A stretch of DNA of 64,000 nucleotides, taken from positions 1 through 64,000 of the forward strand of contig JASTWF010000332.1 of the NCBI GenBank assembly GCA_030390025.1. The letters are read 5' to 3'. Positions within the stretch are counted from its first letter, which is position 1. Each line of letters starts with the position of its first letter. Of the stretch, positions 49,398 through 60,435 are shown piece by piece. The stretch is from Squalus acanthias. Taxonomy: Eukaryota. The position numbers and the translations under genes were made by a program. The notes beneath the pieces are model-generated. The model searched no databases. It saw only the letters and a list, made by a program, of their open reading frames with translations, and had not been told where the DNA came from.

Positions 49398-50000
49398 TTA
49401 GGAACAGGAGTAGGCCAGACAGCCCCTTGAGCATGCCCCGCCGTTCAATTAGATCATGGCTGATCTGTATCTCAATTCCATTTACCCACTGACGTAAGAA
49501 AACTACTAGGCACTTGGTCTAAGTGTTAAACAAAGCTTTAATCAACTGTTTTACAACATGGAGATCTAGTTGTCCTTCACTAGTTCATGTTAAAGAATGT
49601 CCTGAGCAAGCTGGGCCCATGCCTGAGTATTTATACTCTCCCTGGACAGCGCCACCAGCAGGCCGCCCAGTATTATGTCATAAGTCATTTCCCATGAATG
49701 ACAAGAGTCATGTCACCCACCTTTACTCTATATCCCTTGATATCCTTACCCAACAAAAATCTTGCAATCTCAGTCTTGAAAGTTCCAATTGACCGAGCAT
49801 CCAGCCTTTTTGGGGAGTGAATTCCCGATTTCTACTACCCTTTGTGCGGAGAAAGTGCTTCCTGATTTCCATCCTAAATGGCCTTGCTCTAATTTTAAGA
49901 TTATGTCCCCTCGTTCTTGATTCACTCCACCAGAGGACATGGTTTCTCTGTATCTACCGAATCCTTTTAACCTTTTAAACACCTCGATCAGACCACCTCT
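49398..50000 (-). mobile_element. CR1 3' fragment interrupted by a 226-bp insert
   Basis: TAGGAACAGGAGTAGGCC...GATCATGGCTGATCTG tail and ORF remnant QRVVEIGNSLP; resembles 56290-56620. Confidence 0.8.
49490..49715 (-). mobile_element. Solo-LTR-like element, 226 bp, TG...CA ends, 5-bp TSD CCCAC
   Basis: CCCAC (49485-49489)|TGACG...TGTCA|CCCAC (49716-49720). The minus strand has TATAAATA followed ~80 nt later by ATTAAA. Confidence 0.75.
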
Positions 50001-50821
50001 AAAACAATCAGGATTTTCTCATTTAATTTCTAGCACTACTAACACTGATTAGAATCCTCCTAGTACAGCTCTTGTGTAAGTACAACCTCTCCACCTTGCA
50101 GTTCTCAGTGTGAACATATCCATTCTTTTCCAAGTGAGATATCAATTATTGCCAAATTGGCAGCAGTGTTGTACTCTGGATCCCTGCAGACTAGGAACTG
50201 GACTCATTTCACATGGGAACTGGACAGCCAGCAGACAGAGAATTTCATCCCATCAAATGGTATTAAACGTAAAGCAATACCTTACGAGAAAGCCCTTGTT
50301 ACAAGGGTTCAAAGTCAGAACACAGACTAATTCCACTAATGTCAAAATTGCTTGATTATCCTCCTTTGGGACGTTTTACTACATTAAAGGCGCCATATAA
50401 ATGAAAGTTGTTGTTATTATTTATGGTTCATTGCTGTGTATTTTATAATTTGGACTTTAGCACAATTGGCCCTCAGAAGAATTAATGCAGTAGAATTTTA
50501 ATCTAGTCGCCAATAACAGATTCATTACTGAGAAACTAAGAGCCGCTATAAAGGTACAGCAGGCCTGTTAAAACTTGACCTGCAAAAAACATTTCAACTT
50601 ACCTCCCTGGCTATCATTTCAATATTCCTGGATGCTTGTTCCTCATGGGTAGCCCTTTGACTTACTAAATTTGCTGAGTAGTCGTAATGGATAATCAAGT
50701 AAAAATCCAGCACTTACGGACATACCAAATAACATGCACAGTTTCCAGTCTCTGAAGCATAAACTAAGAAGGTGTATATCAAGTGTAGTGCGAATCTCCT
50801 AAACACTCGGTGAGAAATGAT

Positions 50822-51226
50822 ACAGATATACTATGGCCCACACAGGACACTGTCATACAGTAAAGGAGAAGGAATGCAAGCCTGAATAGCTCCATCATAA
50901 CATAATGAGTTCAGTGCAGGGATGAGAGAATGCTAGTCACTGTCTTCTTTCCATCGCTCTGCTGATCTAGATTACACCTCACTCAACATAGACAAGGAAG
51001 GAGAGTCTGGAGCCACACTGTCAGATGCACAAACACCTTCTGAAATATAACTAAAGGCCGATTGAGTGATGTGTCATCTAGATCAGCTGAGGGACCGAGA
51101 GAAGACAGTGACTAGCATTCTCTCATCCCTGCACTGAACTTGCCATGTTATAATGCAGCTATTCAGGCTTGCATTCCTTCTCCTTTACCGTGTGACAATG
51201 TCCTGTGTGGGCCATAGTATATCTGT
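50822..51226. repeat. Long inverted repeat / foldback MITE: ~165-bp arms, 75-bp spacer
   Basis: 50822-50986 (ACAGATATACTATGGCCCACACAGGACA...TCACTCAA) pairs with 51062-51226 (TTGAGTGA...TGTCCTGTGTGGGCCATAGTATATCTGT). Confidence 0.9.
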
Positions 51227-51742
51227 TGCATGCTGCAGTAGTGAGACCATTCACAGGAATCATCGGCCAATGGTAGGGAGGATGTCCTGACATGCTTGGG
51301 ATGTCCTGACCACAGACAGGTTCTGAGCGACCCACTGGTCACAAAAGGTGTATGATGGAGAGTGTCCAATTTAGAGAAATGTGGGGACACAAAAGTGTGC
51401 ACAGCGCGTCCTCTGAATATTAACCTACTCATTAAAACTGAGAAATGTTGCAAGCAGTGCAACAGGATGTGGGTCGAAGTCTGTTATTCTTCACACTCTC
51501 AGCCCCCATTCTGAAATCTCAGCTGTGCTGTCAGGAAGAGGAAGTGAACAGCGCCCCTCTGTGTGGCCTGTTAGAGATTGGCAATGCCAGTGGCCTCTGA
51601 ACAGGTCACCTACCTGAGCCAATGCCCGGGGTAACCCAAGGCAAATGGAAGTGCTTACAAAATAAAATGGGAGAGCAGAACTTTTTCTGCATTATTGCCC
51701 ATAATAAATCATATGAAAGAAAGGCAAAAACAGAGAGAGAGA

Positions 51743-51880
51743 GAATTACATAGAATTTACAGCACAGAAACAGGCCATTCGGCCCAACTAGCCCATGCCG
51801 GTGTTTATGCTGCACCCGAGCCTCTTCACACCCCTCCTCATCTAACCCGAACAGCATAACCTTCTATTCCTTTCTCCCGC
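51743..51880 (-). mobile_element. Short CR1 3' tail
   Basis: CATAGAATTTACAGCACAGAAACAGGCCATTCGGCCCAAC...ACCTTCTATTCCTTTCTCC, a CR1 3'-end pattern. Confidence 0.7.
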
Positions 51881-51885
51881 AGAAA

Positions 51886-52296
51886 GTGAGAGAGCGAGAG
51901 CGAGAGAGCATGAGAGCGAGCAAGGGAGCGAGCGAGAGAGAGCGAGCAAGAGAGAGAGCGAGAGCGAGAGCGAGAGCAAGAGAGAGCGAGAAAGAGAGAG
52001 AGAGAGAAAGAGAGAGCATGAGAGTGAGCGAGAGCAAGAGAGAGCGAGAGAGAGAGCGAGCAAGAGAGAGCGAGAGCGAGAGCAAGAGAGAGCGAGAAAG
52101 AGAGAGAGAAAGAGAGAGCATGAGAGCGAGCGAGAGCAACAGAGAGCGAGAGAGAGCGAGAGAGAGAGCGAGCAAGGGAGCGAGCGAGAGACAGCGAGCG
52201 AGAGAGAGAGCGAGAGCAAGAGAGAGAGAGCGAGAGAGAGAGAGAAAGAGAGAGCGAGAGAGAGAGAAAGAGCAAGAGAGAGAGAGAGAGAGCGCA

Positions 52297-52334
<38 letters not shown>

Positions 52335-52386
52335 CGCAAGAGAGAGAGAGAGAGAAAGAGAGAGCAAGAGAGAGCGAGCAAGAGAA
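51886..52386. repeat. Compound (GA)n / GAGC / GCAA microsatellite, ~500 bp
   Basis: Almost purely purine-rich low-complexity tract; explains the RERERE and SLSLSL ORFs. Confidence 0.95.
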
Positions 52387-53379
52387 AACAAACTTGGATT
52401 TCTACAATGCTTTGCTGCATCTCTCACAAATGTCCCAAAGTCCTCCACATATAATTAGTTACTTTGAAGTGTTATGTAGACAAATGATGAAAAATTAAAT
52501 GAATAAATGATTAATTAACCACAGATCAAAAGGGGTGATTTGCAATGCTATTTCGCTGGTCTTTATAAAAATTCCTCTGCTTGCATTAAACCATGACAAA
52601 GGCAAAGTCATTACTATCACAAGAGGCGATGTGAAGACATTATATTAATTTAGAATCCAGAAAGCCCATCTATATAAAGCAGAAGAATTGATGTGATGAG
52701 ATCAGAGTGTTGAAGGTTAGCAGAATCAAAGTAAAGCTCTATGAAGTGGAGCTATTGCAGTTCAGTTGGAAAGTGAGGTTTGTAAATACGAGGAAGTAAA
52801 TTAGTGCTGCTCAGTTCATGACTCCATGGAGAAGGAAAAAGTCAACGCCATTATTACTCAGCTTGTGATGGACATGTTCTCAGTATGTGACCAGGAAGCC
52901 ATCAGAAAGATCTGATCCATGGAGAATAAAAAGGGTGACACCAGCTGCTCAGGGTAGAGCACCAAAATGTAACCGATAGCTTCGAAGCGTCACCATTTGA
53001 AGGGAATAGTTTCAGCTGTTGATTGATGGATGTCGGAGGGCCCTGGACAGGCAAGCAACAACAAGCTGGTCAATGAGGCAATGCATGGAATCAGAGCAAA
53101 GATGCCAGCCTTATGGAACCGGCTGGGGTATTCATTAGGACAGAAGCTAAAGTCTGTGAAATGATATAAAAGTATTTTGGCAACAAGGTGAACATAAGGA
53201 GAGTCAGGGAGAAGCTGAACCAAACACAGAATCAAACAGATATAGGGGTCAACGTTTTCATTCTCTGTATCAGCTCCTGTGTCACCTAGGCATTCATTTC
53301 AGATCCATGGAATTAGATACTGAAGGAACAAAAAAATGTTAGGAGTCCGAGGGCGATTCCAATATAAGGGGTTCAGCAT

Positions 53380-53752
53380 AAAGAAAGAACTGGCATTTAT
53401 ATAGCGCCTTTCACAACCTCAGGACATCGTAAAGCACTTTACAGCCAATGAAGTACTTTTGAAGTGTAGTCACTGTTGTAATGTGGGAAACGCGGCAACC
53501 AATTTGCGCACAGCAAGCTCCCACAAATAGCAATGTGATAATGACCAGGTAATCTGCTTTTAGTGATGTTGATTGAGGGATAAATATTGGCCTGGACACC
53601 GGGGATAACTCCCCTGCTCTTCTTCAAATAGTGCCATGGGATCTTTTACATTCACCCGAGAGAGCAGACGGGGCCTCGGTTTAATGTCTCATCCGAAAGA
53701 TGGCACCTCTGACAGTGCAGCGCTCCCTCAGTACTGCACTGGAGTGTCAGCC
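53380..53752 (-). mobile_element. DeuSINE lacking head
   Basis: Reverse-complement homologue of 47980-48349. Confidence 0.9.
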
Positions 53753-54099
53753 ATAGAAAATGAATAAACGAATCAACCAACCGACCCATTTCCATCTCCA
53801 CCCTACTATTTCCAATGAAGGATGGACCCATCCTGCTAACGTGAAGTCTGTCCATGCAGAAAGCCCATCAGATGTCAGCATATTTGGGATTTCAAATTGT
53901 TAAAAGGCAAAATCATTGCAACATTGTCAAAAAAAGTATTAATGATATCAATTAATAAATAAGTTCAGAGAGTTTGCCAGGTTTTATATTTTGAACCCAT
54001 GGCAAGATAAACATGTGATGGATGATAAAACATATTGGGATAAACGAGAAAATGCACAGACAGTGGATCTGGGAAGGTAAGTGAGTGAGAAAGCAACCG

Positions 54100-54268
54100 G
54101 GAGCTCTGAAAGTCTGGCTCACTCCAGAGCTTAAGGCCTCGATGGCTAAAGGCACGGCTAGCAACGGGGGGGGGGGGGGCGAAGAAAGTCAGGGAGAGGC
54201 CAGGATTGGAGGAACGCAGAGATCTGGAAGGGGTTACAGAGATGGGGAGATGTGAGGCCATGCTCAAA
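54100..54268 (-). mobile_element. L2-clade LINE 3' remnant
   Basis: Translation PSRSLRSSNPGL...SRAFSHRGLKLWS resembles the L2 ORF2 C-terminal RSLRS...RAFS..P.LWN motif. Confidence 0.55.
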
Positions 54269-54888
54269 TATGAAGATGGTCACTTGGGGAATGAATTGGA
54301 GGATGGCAAGTGTCCGTAGAACCAGAACTCAGCAAGGAAATCAGGGGAAGGGAGAAAATCAGTGCACAAAGAAAAAAAAAAGCTTTAAGTGAAAGAAAAA
54401 AAAGGAATTATTAAATAATTATGTTCACAGGGTCATCTTGGTCTCCAATGTTTCACATTTCACTCTGGCAAAATCACAACATTAAAAAACATTGTGAAGT
54501 TTATTGCCTACTGCTGTTTCAGCTCCTGTGCCATACCAGCAGATCCACTTAAATATAGCAAGAGCTAAGAGAAAGATGAAGTAATCCTGATTGAGATGCT
54601 ATCATGCCGTGCGGTATATTTGTGTAACAACACAAATTCAATCAGTACAAAGTATCTAAAGAGCTGTTGTATAAATGAAGCAAATAAATTACAGCACAGA
54701 AAGAAGGCATTTGGTCCATCAAGCTGCTGCTTTTCTCTAATTGAGCCAGTTAGTCTCATCCCACTCGCCCGCTCGCTCCCCATGCCTAATGGCATTCCTT
54801 TTCTTCAAGCAACAATTGAACTATTACAGCTGGGAAAGGTTGAACTGCTAATTCCGTGCAGAGCTCGCACGTTGGCTCTCTTTCTTAC

Positions 54889-55053
54889 CTGGGCGACAGC
54901 CACCTGAGTCTGCTGCTGCTGCTGCTGTAACTGCTGCTGAAGGAGCTGGATCTGGTGGTGAACCGAGAGCGGGGTGCCCGACGGCAACTGGCTGGCTGAA
55001 GGAAGCAGCATCTTGGGAGTGGCCATCAGAATGCTGGGGCCATCGTCATGGAG
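54889..55053 (-). CDS. NOS1AP: NOS1AP internal coding exon (Q-rich region), 165 nt, phase 0-0
   Basis: Acceptor cccctctctttcag|CTC and donor CAG|gtaaga. Encodes LHDDGPSILMATPKMLLPSASQLPSGTPLSVHHQIQLLQQQLQQQQQQTQVAVAQ, matching NOS1AP TPLSTHHQMQLLQQLLQQQQQQTQVAVAQ, and joins in frame to VHLLKDQ. Confidence 0.95.
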
Positions 55054-56026
55054 CTGAAAGAGAGGGGAGAAAAGCGAGTGAGAATTCTCGTCAAAAGAGA
55101 AGAGGAGAGGAGAGGGATCCATTCAACTTTCTCGTCTCTGCCCTTTTACATTTGCAAAATGGCAGTGTTCGGAAGCCTCCCTTTTTTATTAGTACAGGTC
55201 AGACTTTCTTTTTTTGATCCCGATCTTACCAGAGGGGATTTCGTGAAGTTAAACATTCCAGAAGTACTCCTACATTTGAGTGATTGGTGACGGAGCACCT
55301 AAGGACATTAGTATCTTAATCACCGCCCTTCACTTCTGGATTCTATAAGGTTAGTCCTGGGAATGGAGGAGAGGAGGGGAAGTGCGCTGCACTGATGGAG
55401 TAATGCAAAGTTTCAATGCAGACTCCTACCAGATTGGACTGGGATAATGTTAAAGGGACACCATTGTCAAAAAAAAACTCTCAGTATGTTTGCAAAACAC
55501 CAGGCAAAGATGTCACTTGGGTCAAAGAGCAGCACTGTGTCGCTTGACATCATTGTTACAAGAGGTTCTTTTTCACTCAGCTTGCCATTACATTTTCACG
55601 AAGTGTGTCCTTTCATTGCTACCATACATTATGAAAAATAAGAACATTTTACTTTTCCATAACTCTGTACACCTTACAGACAAAACTTTATCTTTTTTTT
55701 AAAACAACAAAAATGATGAGGTGCATCCTGGGATATCTGAACAGAGCGCTTGGTTTCAGCACGCTGTTCATTATCTTCAGTGCTCGGGGTGCTAGTTTCA
55801 ATCAGTCTGTTGGGCAGCTGTGCAGCATTGAGAAAGCAGAGCACACAGCTGACCTCAGTCTGAATGTGGTCTCGAACACTTCGAAAACACATGTTGTGCC
55901 GTCACCTGATCTGTAAGAACCTGCAAGTATTATTTCTTCCATATAAGCTTGAAAGTCTGAACCTCAACAGACTCGCATCCAAATGTAATTTTGTTAAGGC
56001 AGAAGAACAAAAATAACAACGTAATG

Positions 56027-58495
56027 GGCTGAATTTTCCTTGGTGGTAGCGGGCGCGATCGGTGGCAGGTCGGGTGGGAAAGTTGTTTTTTTTGACAACG
56101 GTCACTCCTGTGCGCCTTTCCCACAGGCGCATCCGTCAGCGTGGAGCTGACCCGACCTGAAGCGGCAGGGGAGGGGGGGACCCAATTGAAATCATTATGA
56201 GGTAGTTTACAGGTACTATAAAAAATGACATATACCATTTAAATAAATTCTTGTGTTGTTTCTGGTCAGGATTTTCCTCACAGTATACTAGACATAAGAC
56301 GTAGGAGCAGGAGTCGGTCATTCGGCCCCTCGAGCCTGCTCCGCCATTCGATAAGATCATGGCTGATCTGATCTTGAACTCAACTCCACTTCCCTGCCCG
56401 TTCCCCATAACCTTTGACTCCCTTAACATTCAAAAATCTGTCTATCTCCACCTTAAATATATTCAATGACCCAGCCTCCACAGCTCTCTGGGGAAGAGAA
56501 TTCCAAAGATTCACAACCCTCTGAGAGAAGAAATTCCTCCTCATTTCCGATTTAGATTGATGCCCCCTTATTCTGAAATAATACCCCCTAGTTCTAGATT
56601 CCCCCACGAGGGGAAACATCCTCTCTGCATCTACCCTGTCAAGCCCCTTCAGAATCTTATATGTTTCAATAAGATCCCCTCATTCTTCTAAACTCTAATG
56701 TATAGGCCCAACCTGCTCAACCTTTCTTCATAAGACAACCCCTTCATCTCCAGAATCAACCTCGTGAACCTTCTCTGAACTGCCTCCAATGCAAGTATAT
56801 CCTTCCTTAAATAAGGAGACCAAAACTGTATGCTGTACTCCAGGTGTGGTCTCACCAACGCCCTGTACAGTTGTAACAGGACTTCCCTACTTTTATATTC
56901 CATTCCCTTTGCAATAAAGGCCAACACTCCATTTGCCTACCTAAATTCTTGCTGTATCTGCATGCTAACTTTTTGTGATTCATGTGCAAGGACCCCCAGA
57001 TCCCTCTGTACCTCAGCATTTTGTAATCTCTCCCCATTTAAATAATAATTTGCTTTTTTATTTTTCCTACCAAAGTGGATAACCTCGCATTTTCCCACAT
57101 TAAACTCCATCTGCCAGATTTTTGCCCACTCACTTAGCCTATCTATATCCCTTTGGAGATTCTTTGCGTGCTCCACACAATTTGCTTTCCCACCTATCTT
57201 TGTATCATCAGCAAATTTGGCTACATTACACTCAGTCCCTTCATCCAAGTCATTAATATAGATTGTAAATAGTTGAGGCCCCAGCACCGATCCCTGTGGT
57301 ACCCCACTAGTTACAGTTTGCCAACCTGAAAATGACCCATTTATCCCGACTCTCTGTTTTCTGTTAGTTAGCCAATCCTCTATCCATGCTAATATAATAC
57401 CCCCTAGACTCCGTGAGCTCTTATCTTGTGTAGTAACCTTTTATGTGGCACCTTATCGAATGCCTTCTGGAAATCCAAATACACGACATCTACTGGTTCG
57501 CCTTTATCCACCCTGCTCGTTACATCCTCAAAGAATTCCAGCAAATTTGTCAAACATGATTTCCCTTTCATAAAACCATGCTGACTCTGCTTGACTATAT
57601 TATGATTTTCTAAATGTCCTGCTACCACCTCTTTAATGATGGACTCCAGCATTTTCCCAATGACAGATGTTAGGCTAACTGGTCACTGTCCATACATGGG
57701 ACTGTCATACTGTGATTGCCCAGTTACACATTAAATCAAGTCATCAACTGCAACAATTTCATTCTCATCACTCATTCCACTGGTTCAATTTGCTTTCAGT
57801 CCCTGAATATGACTAATTAAATTTTTCAGTCTGAGACTTTAGGGTGAATTTCTGCAGAGGTTCTCTCACTTGCCTATTGTGAACTTCAACGGAAGAGCTG
57901 CAGAAATCCCAGAAACACATAAGCACCACTTACACTGTTTGTTAGGGTTTCCACAGCTCTTCCGCTGAACTTGCATAAGATTGTAAATCCACCTCTTTAC
58001 AATTACATTTAAAATCTGCTTAATTTTATGTATTACCTATACACACACACATCTTTTATTGTACCAGTTACTGATACAAAAGTCTATAGATTTGGGACTA
58101 AAGCACCAATAATTTCCCAATTAATGTACTTTTTAATTATGTTCTTGATCGTATTTGTAGATGGAGTCATATTACTTAATGATAATTTTATTTAAATATT
58201 TCTGTCACTCATATATAACTTTTATTATATTATTGTACAGTAAAGATTCAACACCCACTACGTTAGATTAAACTTAAAATTTAATGTGGCCAGGGTCCCT
58301 TTAAGGATCTCGGCTTAAAACGCGTCATGAATGACGTCACCAGACCCGCTCCATCTCATTGGGCCGGGTAACGCGCTGGGCGGGCCTAATAGGCCCCATT
58401 AAGGTAAGTTAATTTTGTACAGCGGGACGGAGCCAGCAGCGGGGTCGGGACCTGCCATGGGCACCGGCCCTGCCAAGGTAAGGAAAATTCCAGCC
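56027..58495. mobile_element. Possible TIR-bounded GC-rich element hosting the CR1 at 56290-57684
   Basis: GGCTGAATTTTCCTT (56027-56041) versus AAGGAAAATTCCAGCC (58480-58495); CpG-rich segments lie next to both ends. Confidence 0.4.
56290..57684 (-). mobile_element. CR1 LINE, 5'-truncated ~1.4 kb, RT domain with frameshifts
   Basis: SQHGFMKGKSCLTNLLEFFE, VYLDFQKAFDKVPH, LGPQLFTIYINDLD, KFADDTKIGG, LVRPHLEY and RRNFFSQRVVNLWNSLP spread over four broken ORFs; CR1 tail near 56290. Confidence 0.96.
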
Positions 58496-60249
58496 AGCTA
58501 CTCTTAAGAAAAACAACATGGCTGGTGTGACACTCAACATGACTGCGCTTCCAATTTATGATTTATTGAACAATGAACTTGAAGCTGAAGTCAAACAGTG
58601 TGAAGTCTCCTAATCTCACTGTTAACCAGAATTTGAGTCACAGGAGCTTTATCTCTAATCAAGTCTGGTAAAACTGTTATTACTCAGATGAACTGACAGT
58701 GTTTTGAGAGTAGAAATTGCTAATGGTGATACTAATGGATGAACATTTAATGAGCTCATCTGGCATGCCTCAGTCTGCTACTTTCCCATTTATTTTAAGT
58801 TTAGAATATAGCCAGAGAAATTTCATACAAAACATGTTAAGCATTTGTCCTCTATTATCACCAACTGTAAGTTTTAGACTTTAACATATTGTCTTCTCTT
58901 CATTGTTCTTACATTTAACTCAGGTTACTGTAAACTCAAACAGAATATCAATGACTTTAATAATTTTTTTTTAAAGAAGTCTCCCCATAGTCGTATGGAA
59001 ATGCCACTTCATTAAGGGAAAACGATATAAGCTTAGCCCGAGGCCTATATTAATTAGGCTCTATTTTTGACCTGGGCTAGGCTGAGCTATGGTTTCAATT
59101 TCCCAGCTCAAAATGCCTCTTCATCACTCTTTAGGCCAAACCACATCTGTTTTCCCTGAGACTCTAGATGATTGCAGGCTTCCTATTTAGCCCCACAGAT
59201 GTTCCACTTACACATCTCACAGATTTAACTACACATTTTGTCGTAAGAATGAACTTTTCATCAAGTCTTAATCCTTTTCAGAAACACTGGTGTCACCTTT
59301 GGGAGGGGATGTAACCCAGTGAGTGAAAGCATTAAATTAAAAAGTCACTGAATACAGGACTGTGCTATTTAGCTTAATAAACGATACTTCACAAACAGTT
59401 ATGAAGCATTGTGTAAAACCAATATAAAAATGACTAGATTGGATAAACACCACAGTTTCAGGCATTGGGATTCATACAGTGACGTGGGAGGCTTTTGTGT
59501 CGAGCATACAGACTTATAATAGAATTCTAACCCCTGTTCTACACCTCTTGTCAAAAAAGACACTGATTGCTTCGTACATTCAAACAAAAGGGCAAGAAGA
59601 AATAGCCTCCATGGTACTGAGTGTACTGAATTCCACAATCTTAGCTTCTCTCATTAAATCTGAGCAAGCCATTCTGACTCACTGCCCAGTTAAGCCTTCA
59701 GAATGTGTGAAAGTACAACACGATACGGGATAAACCCTCAGACAATTAGCACCTTGCAAAATTATTATTTCTGAATACAAAGGCTGGGCAATTAGAGCTT
59801 GGTGACAAACAGGTTATTTACCATGAACAAATTCTTCTGTGATTAAAAAGTTGACTGCAGCATTGCCAAGTGTTTATAACTTTTTTTTAATACAGCATCT
59901 TACATAAAGAAAATAGCGAGTAGAATGTATCTGGTAGCCTGTAAACATTACTGATTGGAAGGGCATTTGGTTTATGCTGATTGAATAAGCTGAATTCTGT
60001 TTTTATTATATGGGATTTTTTTTTTTAAGACAGGGTTACTGGGATCACATTCCATAATTCCATCCATTTTCCTCAAGCCAGTGGATCAGGGCAGCAATCA
60101 ACAGGTTTCGACTATGCAACACCCAACCCGTTAAAGATCCGGAGAGTGATAAAACTTCCTTCATCCCTGAAGGAGGAGGCTGAGCACGGATCTCGTCCAA
60201 GATATCAAACCGCATAAAAAGGTAAATCCAGAGGCGTAGTCCAAGGTAG

Positions 60250-60435
60250 GCCACAAAAGTAGAGCACGAGGGCGCTGTTTAAACTGGTGCAAGACAAATG
60301 TCGCACGGATGTCAGGAAGGCCTTTGTCACGCAAAGGGTGATCCACACATGGGGCGGACTCTGGTGTAGGGTAGTGGAGGAAAAGATCTTGGTATCATTT
60401 AGGAGATGGCTAGATGTTGCGATGGGAGGATTGTA
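60250..60435 (+). mobile_element. Highly diverged CR1 3' remnant
   Basis: AGTAGAGCACGAGGGC...TTTGTCACGCAAAGGGTGATCCACACATGG...GTAGTGGAGG...TTTAGGAGATGGCTAGATG, a decayed SRTRG...FFTQRV..W...VVE...F...LD. Confidence 0.55.

Noticed and set aside
51838..52458. SLSLSL / RERERE ORFs
   Set aside because: Translations of a GA microsatellite.
55674..55925. Possible extra NOS1AP exon (acceptor-like ttgcag/ttacag, ORF MCFRSVRD...)
   Set aside because: No resemblance to NOS1AP that I recognise and no convincing donor; cannot be excluded without RNA-seq.
56380..57652. Functional reverse transcriptase gene
   Set aside because: 5'-truncated and broken into several frames; a dead CR1 copy.
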